IMG/VR virus record: IMGVR_UViG_3300010885_062553
Reading direction: 5' to 3' (one strand)
From: an uncultured virus (IMG/VR IMGVR_UViG_3300010885_062553)
Lineage: Duplodnaviria > Heunggongvirae > Uroviricota > Caudoviricetes
DNA length: 64,000 bases
A program made the translations under genes and the position numbers. Of this stretch, positions 36,298 through 46,405 are shown piece after piece; position 1 is the stretch's first letter; each line of letters opens with the position of its first letter. Below the pieces are notes generated by a model, which did no database searches, was not told the origin of the DNA, and saw only the letters and a list, made by a program, of their open reading frames with translations.

Positions 36298-38319
36298 ATG
36301 GCATACAATAAAGTTTATATAGTTCAAGGAGATTACATTTACTACTATGACACTACCCCAGGAACTGTGGTTACTAGAACGTGGAATCTGCCTGGGGGAT
36401 CACCGTCAACTGGAAGTTCTCCAAACATTACGACAAGATATATTGTAAAGAACCCATCTGGATACGGAGCAGGATTGACAGCAACAGATTCTATTGGAGC
36501 AACCGATACAATTTTTATTCCCTCTTACGTTTCCGTTGTATCTGAAATTGAAAACCTCTCTATAATTACCCTTACAACAGCAGGTGCTCCTATAGGATCT
36601 CCTTCCAATGTTGTCGATATGAGTCAAAATGTAAAATTCCAGGCTACTGGCACAATCAGGAGTTCTGCTACAGGGTCTTATTATTATCAGTTTTTAATAC
36701 CTGGAACTGGTGGAGCTGTGGGATTTACAGGAACATCTAAACAGAACATATCAGTAACAAAAAACATTTTCGACTGGGGAGATCTAACAGGCTCTGAATC
36801 TGGATCGACTTATTCGCCATATACTGCATCAGCTATTCTTACTGTAACGAGCCCGACAGGAAATCTTTATAGTGCATCAACCAGTGTCACGTACAACAAA
36901 AGTGGGATCACAGACTTTTTAAATCTAGCAGACTATCCAGCTGCAAATAGCACAACGCCACATAAGACGCAAAGATTTTTATCAGCTGTTGTTGATCCTT
37001 ATGATTTTGTATCTACAACTAACGTTGGACTGGGCGGAAATGGTCCTATTATATGTGTAAATCTTCTTCAACCGGGCGGATCTGGTATGTCAAACCTATC
37101 CTTTCATTCTCAGGGAGAACCTATTTATTATTACAGTCCATTTTTCGAATTTAGTTATCCTGGTCTTACCCCAGGTATGCTTACCGGACAGACGATTTCT
37201 TCTGGGTCCATTCTAACTACTTTAGAGCCTTATAGTGGTTCTGGCTTGATCAAATTGACTATATACCAATGGAACAATAGCGATTTTGGTTATGATGCAA
37301 CCGATTTATCAGTATCCCCTTTTAACATTTCAGGACTATCTAGATATTCTGTGGGAAATTACATGTACCCTGGTGATATTTATAGTAGTGTTTTGGGGTA
37401 TAAGTTTTATTATGCGGATACTAACAATCAAATTCCGCTTGATCCCTATTATCGGGAAGATAACACCCCGAATACTAACAGATATTGGTCAAATTATGCA
37501 ATAACCAATTACATAAATGATACAAGCTTTGCTTGTCTAACATCCAGAGGATATGAATCAACAACTACTCGTTTAACCCCTGCTGCTACTCTTTTGCTAA
37601 ATGGTGGTGAGTCGCGACTCGATACAAGTGTTGGATACTACAGTAAACTACCATTCAGAATGGGCGGAGTTTTACCATCCGGAAAGTGGGCTCAGTCTGA
37701 TATTATTTTAACTTTTACGTTTTATTTTAACAATTCTCGTAGCTTTACTCCCCAGACAGTAAGAGCAGTTACTATTACCATCGGGGCTTCAGGTGCTACT
37801 GGAAATTCTTATGATGGAAATTTAATGTATGCTAATAACAGACCGACGAATATGGGTGTACCTCCTCACGGAGTCACTGGTGGATTTGTTGATATTATTA
37901 ATTCTAAGCTTGCCACTACAGCTCCAAATGGTTATGGTGTTACCGGAGGGATTAATCTTAAATATTATTTTGGAGCCACTGCTGCTCCGGAATACCAATG
38001 GAGAGAAACCGCTTATGCCTCAACTGTTAGTGCTGAGGAGCCTGCTTGTTGGTATGTTCAAGGCGTGAAATTTTCAATCTATGAGGATTATGTATTTAAT
38101 ACTAAAACGGGTAATCCTAACCCATATGGTGTGACCAATGGATTTTATCTTGTTAAAGTTCTTATTACTGATAACTCTGCTTCTTGGTTTCCTGGAACAA
38201 CTGGGCCAAAATACACAGCCGTCGACTGGATGGGGCTAGGGCAAAGCACTATAGCAAATCCTTATCAATACACAGTGGGGGGAACTTCTGCCAGAAGAGG
38301 ATGGTATTTCCCAGGATAA
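36298..38319 (+). CDS. Tail-associated protein with N-terminal PKD-like domain
   Basis: YYDTTPGTVVTRTWNLPGGSPSTGSSPNITTRY...YGAGLTAT; S/T/G/Y-rich. Confidence 0.55.
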   Translation: MAYNKVYIVQGDYIYYYDTTPGTVVTRTWNLPGGSPSTGSSPNITTRYIVKNPSGYGAGLTATDSIGATDTIFIPSYVSVVSEIENLSIITLTTAGAPIGSPSNVVDMSQNVKFQATGTIRSSATGSYYYQFLIPGTGGAVGFTGTSKQNISVTKNIFDWGDLTGSESGSTYSPYTASAILTVTSPTGNLYSASTSVTYNKSGITDFLNLADYPAANSTTPHKTQRFLSAVVDPYDFVSTTNVGLGGNGPIICVNLLQPGGSGMSNLSFHSQGEPIYYYSPFFEFSYPGLTPGMLTGQTISSGSILTTLEPYSGSGLIKLTIYQWNNSDFGYDATDLSVSPFNISGLSRYSVGNYMYPGDIYSSVLGYKFYYADTNNQIPLDPYYREDNTPNTNRYWSNYAITNYINDTSFACLTSRGYESTTTRLTPAATLLLNGGESRLDTSVGYYSKLPFRMGGVLPSGKWAQSDIILTFTFYFNNSRSFTPQTVRAVTITIGASGATGNSYDGNLMYANNRPTNMGVPPHGVTGGFVDIINSKLATTAPNGYGVTGGINLKYYFGATAAPEYQWRETAYASTVSAEEPACWYVQGVKFSIYEDYVFNTKTGNPNPYGVTNGFYLVKVLITDNSASWFPGTTGPKYTAVDWMGLGQSTIANPYQYTVGGTSARRGWYFPG

Positions 38320-38345
38320 TTTTCTAATTTAATATATAAAATCGA

Positions 38346-41300
38346 ATGCCAACAGCAAATTTATACATAAATCAAATAGACGTAGATAACGAGTTCTATG
38401 TTTGGGGTTCTGGACAAGATATAAGAAGATTCAATGGGATGTCCTGGGAATATTACGGATACCAGAATTCTGCTGTCCCTCAACCAAATGGAAGCCCTTA
38501 CTATTTAGACACCAGATGTCTTTCCATAGACAATGAAGAGACGCTATGGTGTGGAGTTGCACAAGGGGTGGAATCTGGATATAATCAGGTTGCTGTTTTC
38601 AACATTGACACCAACAATCCTGAAATTGGAAATTCTTGGAAATTTTCAGACTTAGGAACATTTGACGTTCAACAAGAGATCTCTCTCATATATGCTTGTC
38701 CTTTTGGTGATGATATCCTTGCTTTCTGCAGTCCATTAAACGGAACTGGTTTAACCGCTGCTGCATCAACATATAGTAGGATTCAGGGTTCTACAGGCGG
38801 AAGACTTTTTTATTATCTGAAGGAAATTGATAGATGGTATGAAGAAGTTGAAGGCTATATATGGCCTCATATTTATGATATTAAAACGAAGGGTGTAGAT
38901 GGAAAAAGCTATCTCTATTATATTGGAACAAAAGAGGGTTTATATGTTTTTCCTCAAGGAAGTCTTTCTACAATCTCTTTAAACGATGGAACTAAAATTA
39001 TAAAACAAGCCACTGTTTATAACACAAAAACATCAGGCATAATATCTGATACCGTATATTCACTTGACTTTGATGAAGATGGAAATCTCTGGATAGGTAC
39101 GGATATAGGTTTATCTTATTTCAATGGGGTCTCTTTTTGGAACTATGGAACGACCGGTCCAGTAACATTAGTGAAAGCTAGAAAGAATGGTCACGTATTT
39201 TATTCTAAGGGAGATGGCGAGCTTAGCCAGGGTACTGGTATTTGGCATTTTAACGGCACTTCACACACTCAGTTTAATTCTTCTAATTCTTCCTTATCTA
39301 GCGACAATGTGCTTGGTATCGAGCTCGTAGGTGATAATATAGGTCAAAATTCTTTTGACGTAAGAGCCGGTTCTTTATGGGTTCTTGGCTATAACACGCT
39401 TGCATCGTTTGAATATGACGTTCCTCACGTTTATGCATCTTCTAAGTATTCAGGAGCCACAGGATGGAATTTCGTTTATTATAGCCCAACAGGAGGAGCA
39501 TCACCTTCACCTATTCCAAAAGTTAACAAATACACTTGGACTTACCCAGAATGGAGGGTTTATCAAAATGATGAGCTTGAATATAAGCATCCTGGTTTAG
39601 ATCCGAGAAATCTTTTTCTAACCACAAAGCTATCTGATATTGCAGATGGTCGTGCGGGAGAACAAGCCTATTGGAATAACTACCCAATCCCAACATATGA
39701 TCAGGATTTACTTATCAATAAAATACAATCTCCAAAATGGATTACTCAGCTTAATCCTAATATCGGGAATGATTATGAATTTAAAATAACTTCATCAGCG
39801 ACCCTTACGATAAATGGATCCAACAGACTGTATATAGGAGGAAAAATAGCTCAAAACAAATCAATTAATTTTGGATCATATAACGATGGGACTCCTTTAA
39901 CTATTACCGGGACTAATGGATTTAATATAAATTCTACCGATACTGGCGTTTCTTATACTGGATTTGTAGTTTCGTATGATGATTGCGGATGTGTTAAATC
40001 AAGTATAACATTCAATGGAAGTAGTACTGAAGTAACATCAATAAAACCTTCCCCCGATGGAAATTCTATTGTTTTAGCAGGAACCTATAATCTGTTAATT
40101 GAGAATGGATCGTATGTTTATTCCGGCTTGGCTTCCGCTGTTACTGGATACTCTAATGGACCTAGCGGTGCTCCCTTGGGGATTACTAATTCAGGTTTAA
40201 CAGGAGCAACCTCTGGAGCTTATCCCTGGATATATTCTGCAACAGGAGCAACTGGATCTAAATATACTAATGGTGCGGTTTCATCATTAACCTATAGATA
40301 TTCACCCGGCAATTCTGCAACATCAGGGAATTGTGATTTCTTGATTCCGACCGGAGCAACAGCTGGGTCATTTGGAAGTGTGTCAACAATATTATTAAAT
40401 GAAACACAGTATACCAGTGTGTCGGCTTATTCGTATTTAGATAACCTTCCATTCAGATATGCAATGACGATCGGAACAGCAGCTTCCCCTAGCTTATATG
40501 GATATTATTCTATATTGTCTGGATATAAGGAAATAATTGCAACAAAAACTCGTTTTGTTTTTCAAGTTTCTTTCCAGTCTGGATCGGGTTCAACATCAAT
40601 TCCAACCACTTCAGACTTAGTTTTTAATGTCTATACATATTCCAATAAAACTTTTCCTTTAATACCTTCCCTTTCAAGTTTACTAAGCAATACCGTTTTA
40701 TCAAGTAAACAAGCACCCGGTGTTTTTGTTGCGGAGGTTGAAAAAGATTTAGGAGAGATAACATCTTTTACTGGAATCACCGGCGGATATAATGAATCGA
40801 TCAGAAAATCGTATAGAGTTATAAATTTCAGATCATTTCCAAGTACCTCTATTTGGTCTGGCTCCTATGATAGCTCAAGTGTTACCTGTGATGTTACTGA
40901 TTACACCGTTAATGTTTTAATCCCCCATTACAATAAACTATCAACGCTAAAAAATCTATGGCTAAGAAATAATGATTCTTATAAAAGCCCTGAATATTTA
41001 ACAGACCTGACATTCGATTGGAGATTTCTTTCTTGTTTAAGCCTAAACAGAGACGATTTTTCCATTAGATCAGGTATTAATTCAGCATCCAATCAGGACT
41101 TATTTTATAACGATCATACTCTTTCAATCTCTTCGTTAAATACCGGAAGTAGCTTAATAACTGGATATTTGCCATACATTATTCCGTATGTCCCACCTGC
41201 CTTTAATTTTGGCGGTACTGATTTAACAAGCTCTTCTGGATATGAATCACAGCCATATTATATTCTTGTTAGCTCAGAGGGGTTTGGTGTAACTGGTGGA

Positions 41301-42395
41301 TTTATAGAAAATGGTCTAACCGCGGGAGCTACTGCAGAGATCTATTCCACTAAAACTGGAACTTCCTATTATATAACAACTGCTTTTGGTCCGACTGCAT
41401 CTTATTTTGGAGCTAATGTTAATAGTTGGTCTGTTGGAACTGGGGGCAATCCTATAAAAAGAGCAATAACTGCACAAATAACAGAACAAGCTTCAGTGAG
41501 AAGAATATTTTCATTCGATCTTGGTGAGAGCTATAACGGTGCACCATTTTTAAAAGATGCGAGAATTCTTTCTAATGGTCAATATTTTATGAGTTATTCT
41601 AATTTCAATTCCACCAAAACTAAGTATGTAACAAATATAGTTAAAACGGACACTAAAGGAAATATATTAGATTCAAACAATTTTGGAACTAGATCTATAG
41701 ACTTGATTTTTTCAACATCTAAGAGTTCTGATATTTATATGACATCTAGTTCATATGGGACAACTGGAGCAGGAACTGGTTTCATCTCCCCAATTTATCC
41801 AGCATACTTTACACTTAAATCTGAACAATATAAACCTGAACTTGGGATAAACCTTGGAAACATTATATCCCGCCCGGGCTCGGGAGCGTGGACCTGGTGC
41901 GACGTGCACTCGTCCAATAATCATCTAGAAATTCCTCTTATGTCTACTGTTGTTTTTAACAACTATTCTTCTGACATATATGGTAAGAAGAATAATGTTT
42001 GGATTCTTTCAGATTCGCTCACAGGTGAAGAAATACTTAATGTTAAATCTACTCCTTACTTTATATACACATTTACTAAGAGTGGATATTACCAAATATA
42101 CAATCAGGTTGAGGATTCTTTTGGGAATGTTTACGAAGCATCACTACCTGGATTTATCCAAGTTATTGATCATAAAAACAAAAGACCTGATGACAATAAT
42201 CCTAATTTTGTTGATTCAACTGATTATGGATACCCTGAACCTTCCTTCGTTAGTAGAGATTATGATGTGAGAAAATTAGAGGATGATCTTATGGTTCAAG
42301 AAAAAGAGATTCTCGAGAATAACAGAATTCAATTTGGTGTTGAAGTTGTTATTCCCGATAATCCTGATGCTACGTTCGATTCTGAACCTGCTTAG
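38346..42395 (+). CDS. Large tail-associated beta-propeller protein (two-component-regulator-propeller-like repeats)
   Basis: GIISDTVYSLDFDEDGNLWIGTDIGLSYFNG, FNSSNSSLSSDNVLGI, LSIDNEETLWCG. Confidence 0.65.
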   Translation: MPTANLYINQIDVDNEFYVWGSGQDIRRFNGMSWEYYGYQNSAVPQPNGSPYYLDTRCLSIDNEETLWCGVAQGVESGYNQVAVFNIDTNNPEIGNSWKFSDLGTFDVQQEISLIYACPFGDDILAFCSPLNGTGLTAAASTYSRIQGSTGGRLFYYLKEIDRWYEEVEGYIWPHIYDIKTKGVDGKSYLYYIGTKEGLYVFPQGSLSTISLNDGTKIIKQATVYNTKTSGIISDTVYSLDFDEDGNLWIGTDIGLSYFNGVSFWNYGTTGPVTLVKARKNGHVFYSKGDGELSQGTGIWHFNGTSHTQFNSSNSSLSSDNVLGIELVGDNIGQNSFDVRAGSLWVLGYNTLASFEYDVPHVYASSKYSGATGWNFVYYSPTGGASPSPIPKVNKYTWTYPEWRVYQNDELEYKHPGLDPRNLFLTTKLSDIADGRAGEQAYWNNYPIPTYDQDLLINKIQSPKWITQLNPNIGNDYEFKITSSATLTINGSNRLYIGGKIAQNKSINFGSYNDGTPLTITGTNGFNINSTDTGVSYTGFVVSYDDCGCVKSSITFNGSSTEVTSIKPSPDGNSIVLAGTYNLLIENGSYVYSGLASAVTGYSNGPSGAPLGITNSGLTGATSGAYPWIYSATGATGSKYTNGAVSSLTYRYSPGNSATSGNCDFLIPTGATAGSFGSVSTILLNETQYTSVSAYSYLDNLPFRYAMTIGTAASPSLYGYYSILSGYKEIIATKTRFVFQVSFQSGSGSTSIPTTSDLVFNVYTYSNKTFPLIPSLSSLLSNTVLSSKQAPGVFVAEVEKDLGEITSFTGITGGYNESIRKSYRVINFRSFPSTSIWSGSYDSSSVTCDVTDYTVNVLIPHYNKLSTLKNLWLRNNDSYKSPEYLTDLTFDWRFLSCLSLNRDDFSIRSGINSASNQDLFYNDHTLSISSLNTGSSLITGYLPYIIPYVPPAFNFGGTDLTSSSGYESQPYYILVSSEGFGVTGGFIENGLTAGATAEIYSTKTGTSYYITTAFGPTASYFGANVNSWSVGTGGNPIKRAITAQITEQASVRRIFSFDLGESYNGAPFLKDARILSNGQYFMSYSNFNSTKTKYVTNIVKTDTKGNILDSNNFGTRSIDLIFSTSKSSDIYMTSSSYGTTGAGTGFISPIYPAYFTLKSEQYKPELGINLGNIISRPGSGAWTWCDVHSSNNHLEIPLMSTVVFNNYSSDIYGKKNNVWILSDSLTGEEILNVKSTPYFIYTFTKSGYYQIYNQVEDSFGNVYEASLPGFIQVIDHKNKRPDDNNPNFVDSTDYGYPEPSFVSRDYDVRKLEDDLMVQEKEILENNRIQFGVEVVIPDNPDATFDSEPA

Positions 42396-43054
42396 TCGTT
42401 TAAAACTTTAAGAATTTCTTCTACTATTGGATCTCTGTGATTTGTTTTAAGAGATATAACAGAAACACCTTCAACAAAACTTAGTTTTTTTGATAACCAG
42501 TCGAATCCGCTTAGCCTTTTGTCTTTTAGATCTATTTGTGAGTTATCACCAACAAAAACCATTTTAGCACCTACACAAAGCCTGGTTATAATTAGCTCTA
42601 ATTGATTTTGAGTGATATTTTGAGATTCGTCTATAACTACACAACAATCAGAGAAATTTCTACCCCTCATAAAGCCAATAGGTATAACCTCTATATTTCC
42701 TTCTGAGATCTCTTTATCTATTTTTTCTTTATTGTACAGCATGTACATGTTGTCATAGATAGCAGCTGTGTATGGAGCTAATTTAGCGTCTTTGTCGCCT
42801 GGCAGAAATCCAATTTCCTCACCAGCGGTAACTGCAGGCCTGGTAAGTATTATTTTTTTAACATCTTTTTTAAAGAGTAGATCCAAAGCTATCTGAGCTG
42901 CTAGTAGTGATTTACCGCTACCTGCTTGACCCTTTAGAAAGGATACTTTTGATTGCAATATCTTCTCCTTAGCCGCTTTTTGTTCCTCATTTAAGGTGAT
43001 ATTAAACCTTATTGAATTTTTTGGCTTTTTTGGCTGGTTTTGCATAGGTGACAT
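42392..43054 (-). CDS. phoH: PhoH-family ATPase
   Basis: GQAGSGKS, KIILTRPAV, IGFLPGD, FMRGRNF, IDESQN, GDNSQIDL, HRDPIV. Confidence 0.95.
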   Translation of the reverse strand: MSPMQNQPKKPKNSIRFNITLNEEQKAAKEKILQSKVSFLKGQAGSGKSLLAAQIALDLLFKKDVKKIILTRPAVTAGEEIGFLPGDKDAKLAPYTAAIYDNMYMLYNKEKIDKEISEGNIEVIPIGFMRGRNFSDCCVVIDESQNITQNQLELIITRLCVGAKMVFVGDNSQIDLKDKRLSGFDWLSKKLSFVEGVSVISLKTNHRDPIVEEILKVLND

Positions 43055-43223
43055 TATTTTTTTTAGATTTGTTGACGGATCTCTCTTTTTATAAGAGGAA
43101 TAAAAAATATATCCTTTTTATTGGAATAATTCCAAAGGTTTGCAGTTAAATTAAAGTCAGTGATCTCATTGTCTGAGATCTTATCTCTTTGTATTATCAT
43201 ATTTAGGAGTTGTCTGAGATATT

Positions 43224-43231
43224 GATATATA
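43224..43231 (+). promoter_or_regulatory. Putative late promoter GATATATA
   Basis: Exact octamer 29 nt before the ATG at 43261. Confidence 0.7.
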
Positions 43232-43260
43232 TTCGGATTAAAAAGAAATAAAACAAAAAA

Positions 43261-44169
43261 ATGGCAACAGTAAACACCACAGAAATTTTAGGATCAGATT
43301 CCATCTCCGGATCAAGGATAACCATTAATTCTAATTTTTTAATTTTGCAAAATTGGATCAATGGATACGTATCTGTTTTCGGAGTAGATAGCGTTAATGG
43401 AATACTCGATCTAACCAACGCCTCAACAGGAAAGGTTTCAGCTAAAATAGGGGCATTTAGCTCTTTATCAATCCCAGCATCAGGAACTGTGACCGCCTCT
43501 GTCGATTCTGCGGGACAGGCATCTTTTTCCTCTGTAAGCTCAACATCTCTCACCGCTTCTGGTAATGTTACCCTCAGCGGAAGTCTTTCAGTAACTTCTG
43601 CAGCTACTATGACAGTAGGAGCAACTGCAAGTTTTAACGGTAGTCTTTCTGCTAATGGTGCATTTTATTTAGGCGTACAAGGTCACGTTATTAGCAGTAA
43701 TACCACTGTTCGTACAGGTCTAACAGCAGGCTCAGCTTTCCAGGTAAACACTGCAAATATTGGCGGCGGAGGTTATGTAACCTCTGTGAATTCCCCGTAT
43801 ACAATAACTGGATTGGAAGATGTTATTTATGCTAATTGTCAGGGTCCAACTGGATTCCACCTAAAGGTTGTTGGTGGTACGGGTGCAACTGCAGCAAGCA
43901 TAGCTCAGGGAACAAGAATCACTATAGTTAATACTAGTGCTGCTGCTGGTTATATTTGGACAGGTGCTACAGGAACTTCCTCTACATACTATACTGGATT
44001 TAATAACGTCTCTACCCATGGAGGATTCTCAACAAGCGGAATAACAGTAACTGCAAGTAAAGCTTATAGATCATCTATTCAACTTCAATGGGAACCAAGA
44101 ATAGCAGCAGATCAAACAACTCAAAAAGGATCTTGGGTAGTTTTAGGAGCAACAAACATGACAGTTTAA
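43261..44169 (+). CDS. Virion structural/fibre-like protein
   Basis: N-terminal ILGSDSISGSRITINSNF attachment-type motif; S/T/A/G-rich beta-strand repeats. Confidence 0.55.
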   Translation: MATVNTTEILGSDSISGSRITINSNFLILQNWINGYVSVFGVDSVNGILDLTNASTGKVSAKIGAFSSLSIPASGTVTASVDSAGQASFSSVSSTSLTASGNVTLSGSLSVTSAATMTVGATASFNGSLSANGAFYLGVQGHVISSNTTVRTGLTAGSAFQVNTANIGGGGYVTSVNSPYTITGLEDVIYANCQGPTGFHLKVVGGTGATAASIAQGTRITIVNTSAAAGYIWTGATGTSSTYYTGFNNVSTHGGFSTSGITVTASKAYRSSIQLQWEPRIAADQTTQKGSWVVLGATNMTV

Positions 44170-44193
44170 TCGAAGGAAAAATAAAATAATTTA

Positions 44194-46395
44194 ATGGCAA
44201 AAACACCTTTTATAAGACCTCTCCAAGTTCAAGGAGGAACCTTCTATTCTTTTTCTTCTTCCGCCGAGGATTTATCTTTTACTTTTAACAACTCGGCAAA
44301 TAAGTTTAAGTTCTCTAAATTTGCACTTCTTAATATACCAAATATAGATAACACCTATAAGGGGCAGTCAAATAAAATTAGATTAAATGCACCCGATAGT
44401 GCTTTTATTGATTATGTTACTAATGCCAAAAAAATAATTACCGGAGATCCTAATGTTGATTTCTCTCAAAGCTTCCAAAGTTACTGTTTAAACTTAGAGT
44501 CAACCGTTACTGGAAATTCTGGATATGATCCCTCACTAAAAAGTAATATTTCAGAGAGAGTCTTTTTTAAATGGCTAAAAGAAATAGGAGCTATTAGATA
44601 TAGACCTGCAACTTCCGATGAAGTATCTGCTTCATTAGATCAAAGTACCGTTACAATAACTAACGGACTTCCAGTTACTCAAAAAAGATATGCAGAGGGT
44701 GATACAACTGTTGGTACGACAGGATCCTATGGAATTACAGGGGCTAATTATAGCAAAGTTGTTCAGTATATAGGAAATCTGGATATAGTAAATAGTGTAA
44801 AAAACTCTTCTAATACATATTCAGAGGTTTACGTTTATATTCCAACTAAAGATGGTAATACCCCAACAGTTTTATTTAAGAATGTTGTTGATAAAAATTA
44901 CTATTCAAACTATCAATGGACAAATTCTCCTAACAATCCTTTAGATGTTGAGTATCTTTACGGAAGATCCTATAGTGATATTAATCCTAGCGGTCTTACA
45001 ACTCTTTCAATATTCGATGATGACGTTTTAGGAGCACCAACATCAACTTTTTTTTACACTGGAACCAATGGCTCAACACAAACTGGAAATTGGTATACCC
45101 CGAGAGACACACCAAACACGTATTTTAGTGATCTAATTTTTACCGATGCATCTAATGACATATTAACTAAAACCTACAATGGAGCTAGTGGATCTTACGT
45201 TAGATCAAGATTAGATTCAATAGGAATAGACTTCGACCCTAATTCATACCAACAGATTTTAGAGAATCCTAGTATTAGCACTCTTGAAGAATTTAACGCT
45301 ACCCCAATTGCTAACGATTTTGAGTTTAATTGCGTGCTTGTTTATTACGATGTTTATGATCCAGCTAATATAACAGATAGCGCAACGAATCTTTTCGGTG
45401 TTCTTTTCTTGGATGATGTTAACAGTACAGGGGGTGAAATTTATATACCTAGACTTAAAAAATATAAACCAAATCCTGTAACTAAGCTTAACGGTAACTC
45501 TTATGGATTTAAAATAAACCTCAGATTTGATACTGACGTTAGCCAAACTGGGGTTGAACAATCTATAAATGATTATTCGCCATTCTCGTTGTCCATGTTT
45601 ATGGATGCTATGAATGTTTTGCAGGAGGCAAGTTCCACTTTAAATAATTCATCATACGATTTTGTTCAGCTAAGCAACAGAGTCACGAATATTGAGAATA
45701 TTACACTGAGCTCTTCTACAGCTTTAAATCTCGATAGAAGAATATCAGATCTAGAGCAAACCCTTGCTTCTAATCAGGCTTTATTTAGAAACACTAGCTC
45801 TATAATGCAGCTTATTAATCAAAATTACGATCTCGTAAGATCCATTTTGAATAATCAGACTAACGTTCAGATCTCTTATGATCTTGACTTGATCAAGCAG
45901 GGATCGGGTATTATAGTTGATAGAAGCGTTAAAAATGAATTGACCCTATATAATGCCAATCAGGATTTCACAATAGGCTCTAATAAATCTAAAGGTACCT
46001 TTGTCCCTGGGTCCTCTAATATAATCGATCTCTTACCATTTTCTAATTATTTTAAATACGTTAATAACAGTCAGGTTTTAACCCTTGCTAGCGATTTAAC
46101 TATCAGAATTAATGACGGAGGTTTAAATCAATGGAAAACTGGTCAAAGATTTAGAATTTCTTTTGGTGATAAAATATATCCTGGAGATTTTATAATTAGA
46201 ATATTGACTAATGCTTTAGGAAATTATCCTTTATCAAATCCTTCTGGTGTACAATATTCAACTTCTATAATAACATTAAAAGATTCTGATTTTTCTCTCT
46301 TTTCATATTTACCAGTAATAGAGATAGTTTGTATAGATGGAGACAATCTCACTTTCCAGGTTGATCTTTTAGGAAAAAGTTTAACAAATAATTAA
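44194..46395 (+). CDS. Putative virion structural protein
   Basis: 733-aa ORF in the late operon, with a coiled-coil segment (LDRRISDLEQTL). Confidence 0.5.
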   Translation: MAKTPFIRPLQVQGGTFYSFSSSAEDLSFTFNNSANKFKFSKFALLNIPNIDNTYKGQSNKIRLNAPDSAFIDYVTNAKKIITGDPNVDFSQSFQSYCLNLESTVTGNSGYDPSLKSNISERVFFKWLKEIGAIRYRPATSDEVSASLDQSTVTITNGLPVTQKRYAEGDTTVGTTGSYGITGANYSKVVQYIGNLDIVNSVKNSSNTYSEVYVYIPTKDGNTPTVLFKNVVDKNYYSNYQWTNSPNNPLDVEYLYGRSYSDINPSGLTTLSIFDDDVLGAPTSTFFYTGTNGSTQTGNWYTPRDTPNTYFSDLIFTDASNDILTKTYNGASGSYVRSRLDSIGIDFDPNSYQQILENPSISTLEEFNATPIANDFEFNCVLVYYDVYDPANITDSATNLFGVLFLDDVNSTGGEIYIPRLKKYKPNPVTKLNGNSYGFKINLRFDTDVSQTGVEQSINDYSPFSLSMFMDAMNVLQEASSTLNNSSYDFVQLSNRVTNIENITLSSSTALNLDRRISDLEQTLASNQALFRNTSSIMQLINQNYDLVRSILNNQTNVQISYDLDLIKQGSGIIVDRSVKNELTLYNANQDFTIGSNKSKGTFVPGSSNIIDLLPFSNYFKYVNNSQVLTLASDLTIRINDGGLNQWKTGQRFRISFGDKIYPGDFIIRILTNALGNYPLSNPSGVQYSTSIITLKDSDFSLFSYLPVIEIVCIDGDNLTFQVDLLGKSLTNN

Positions 46396-46405
46396 TAATT
46401 AAGAA

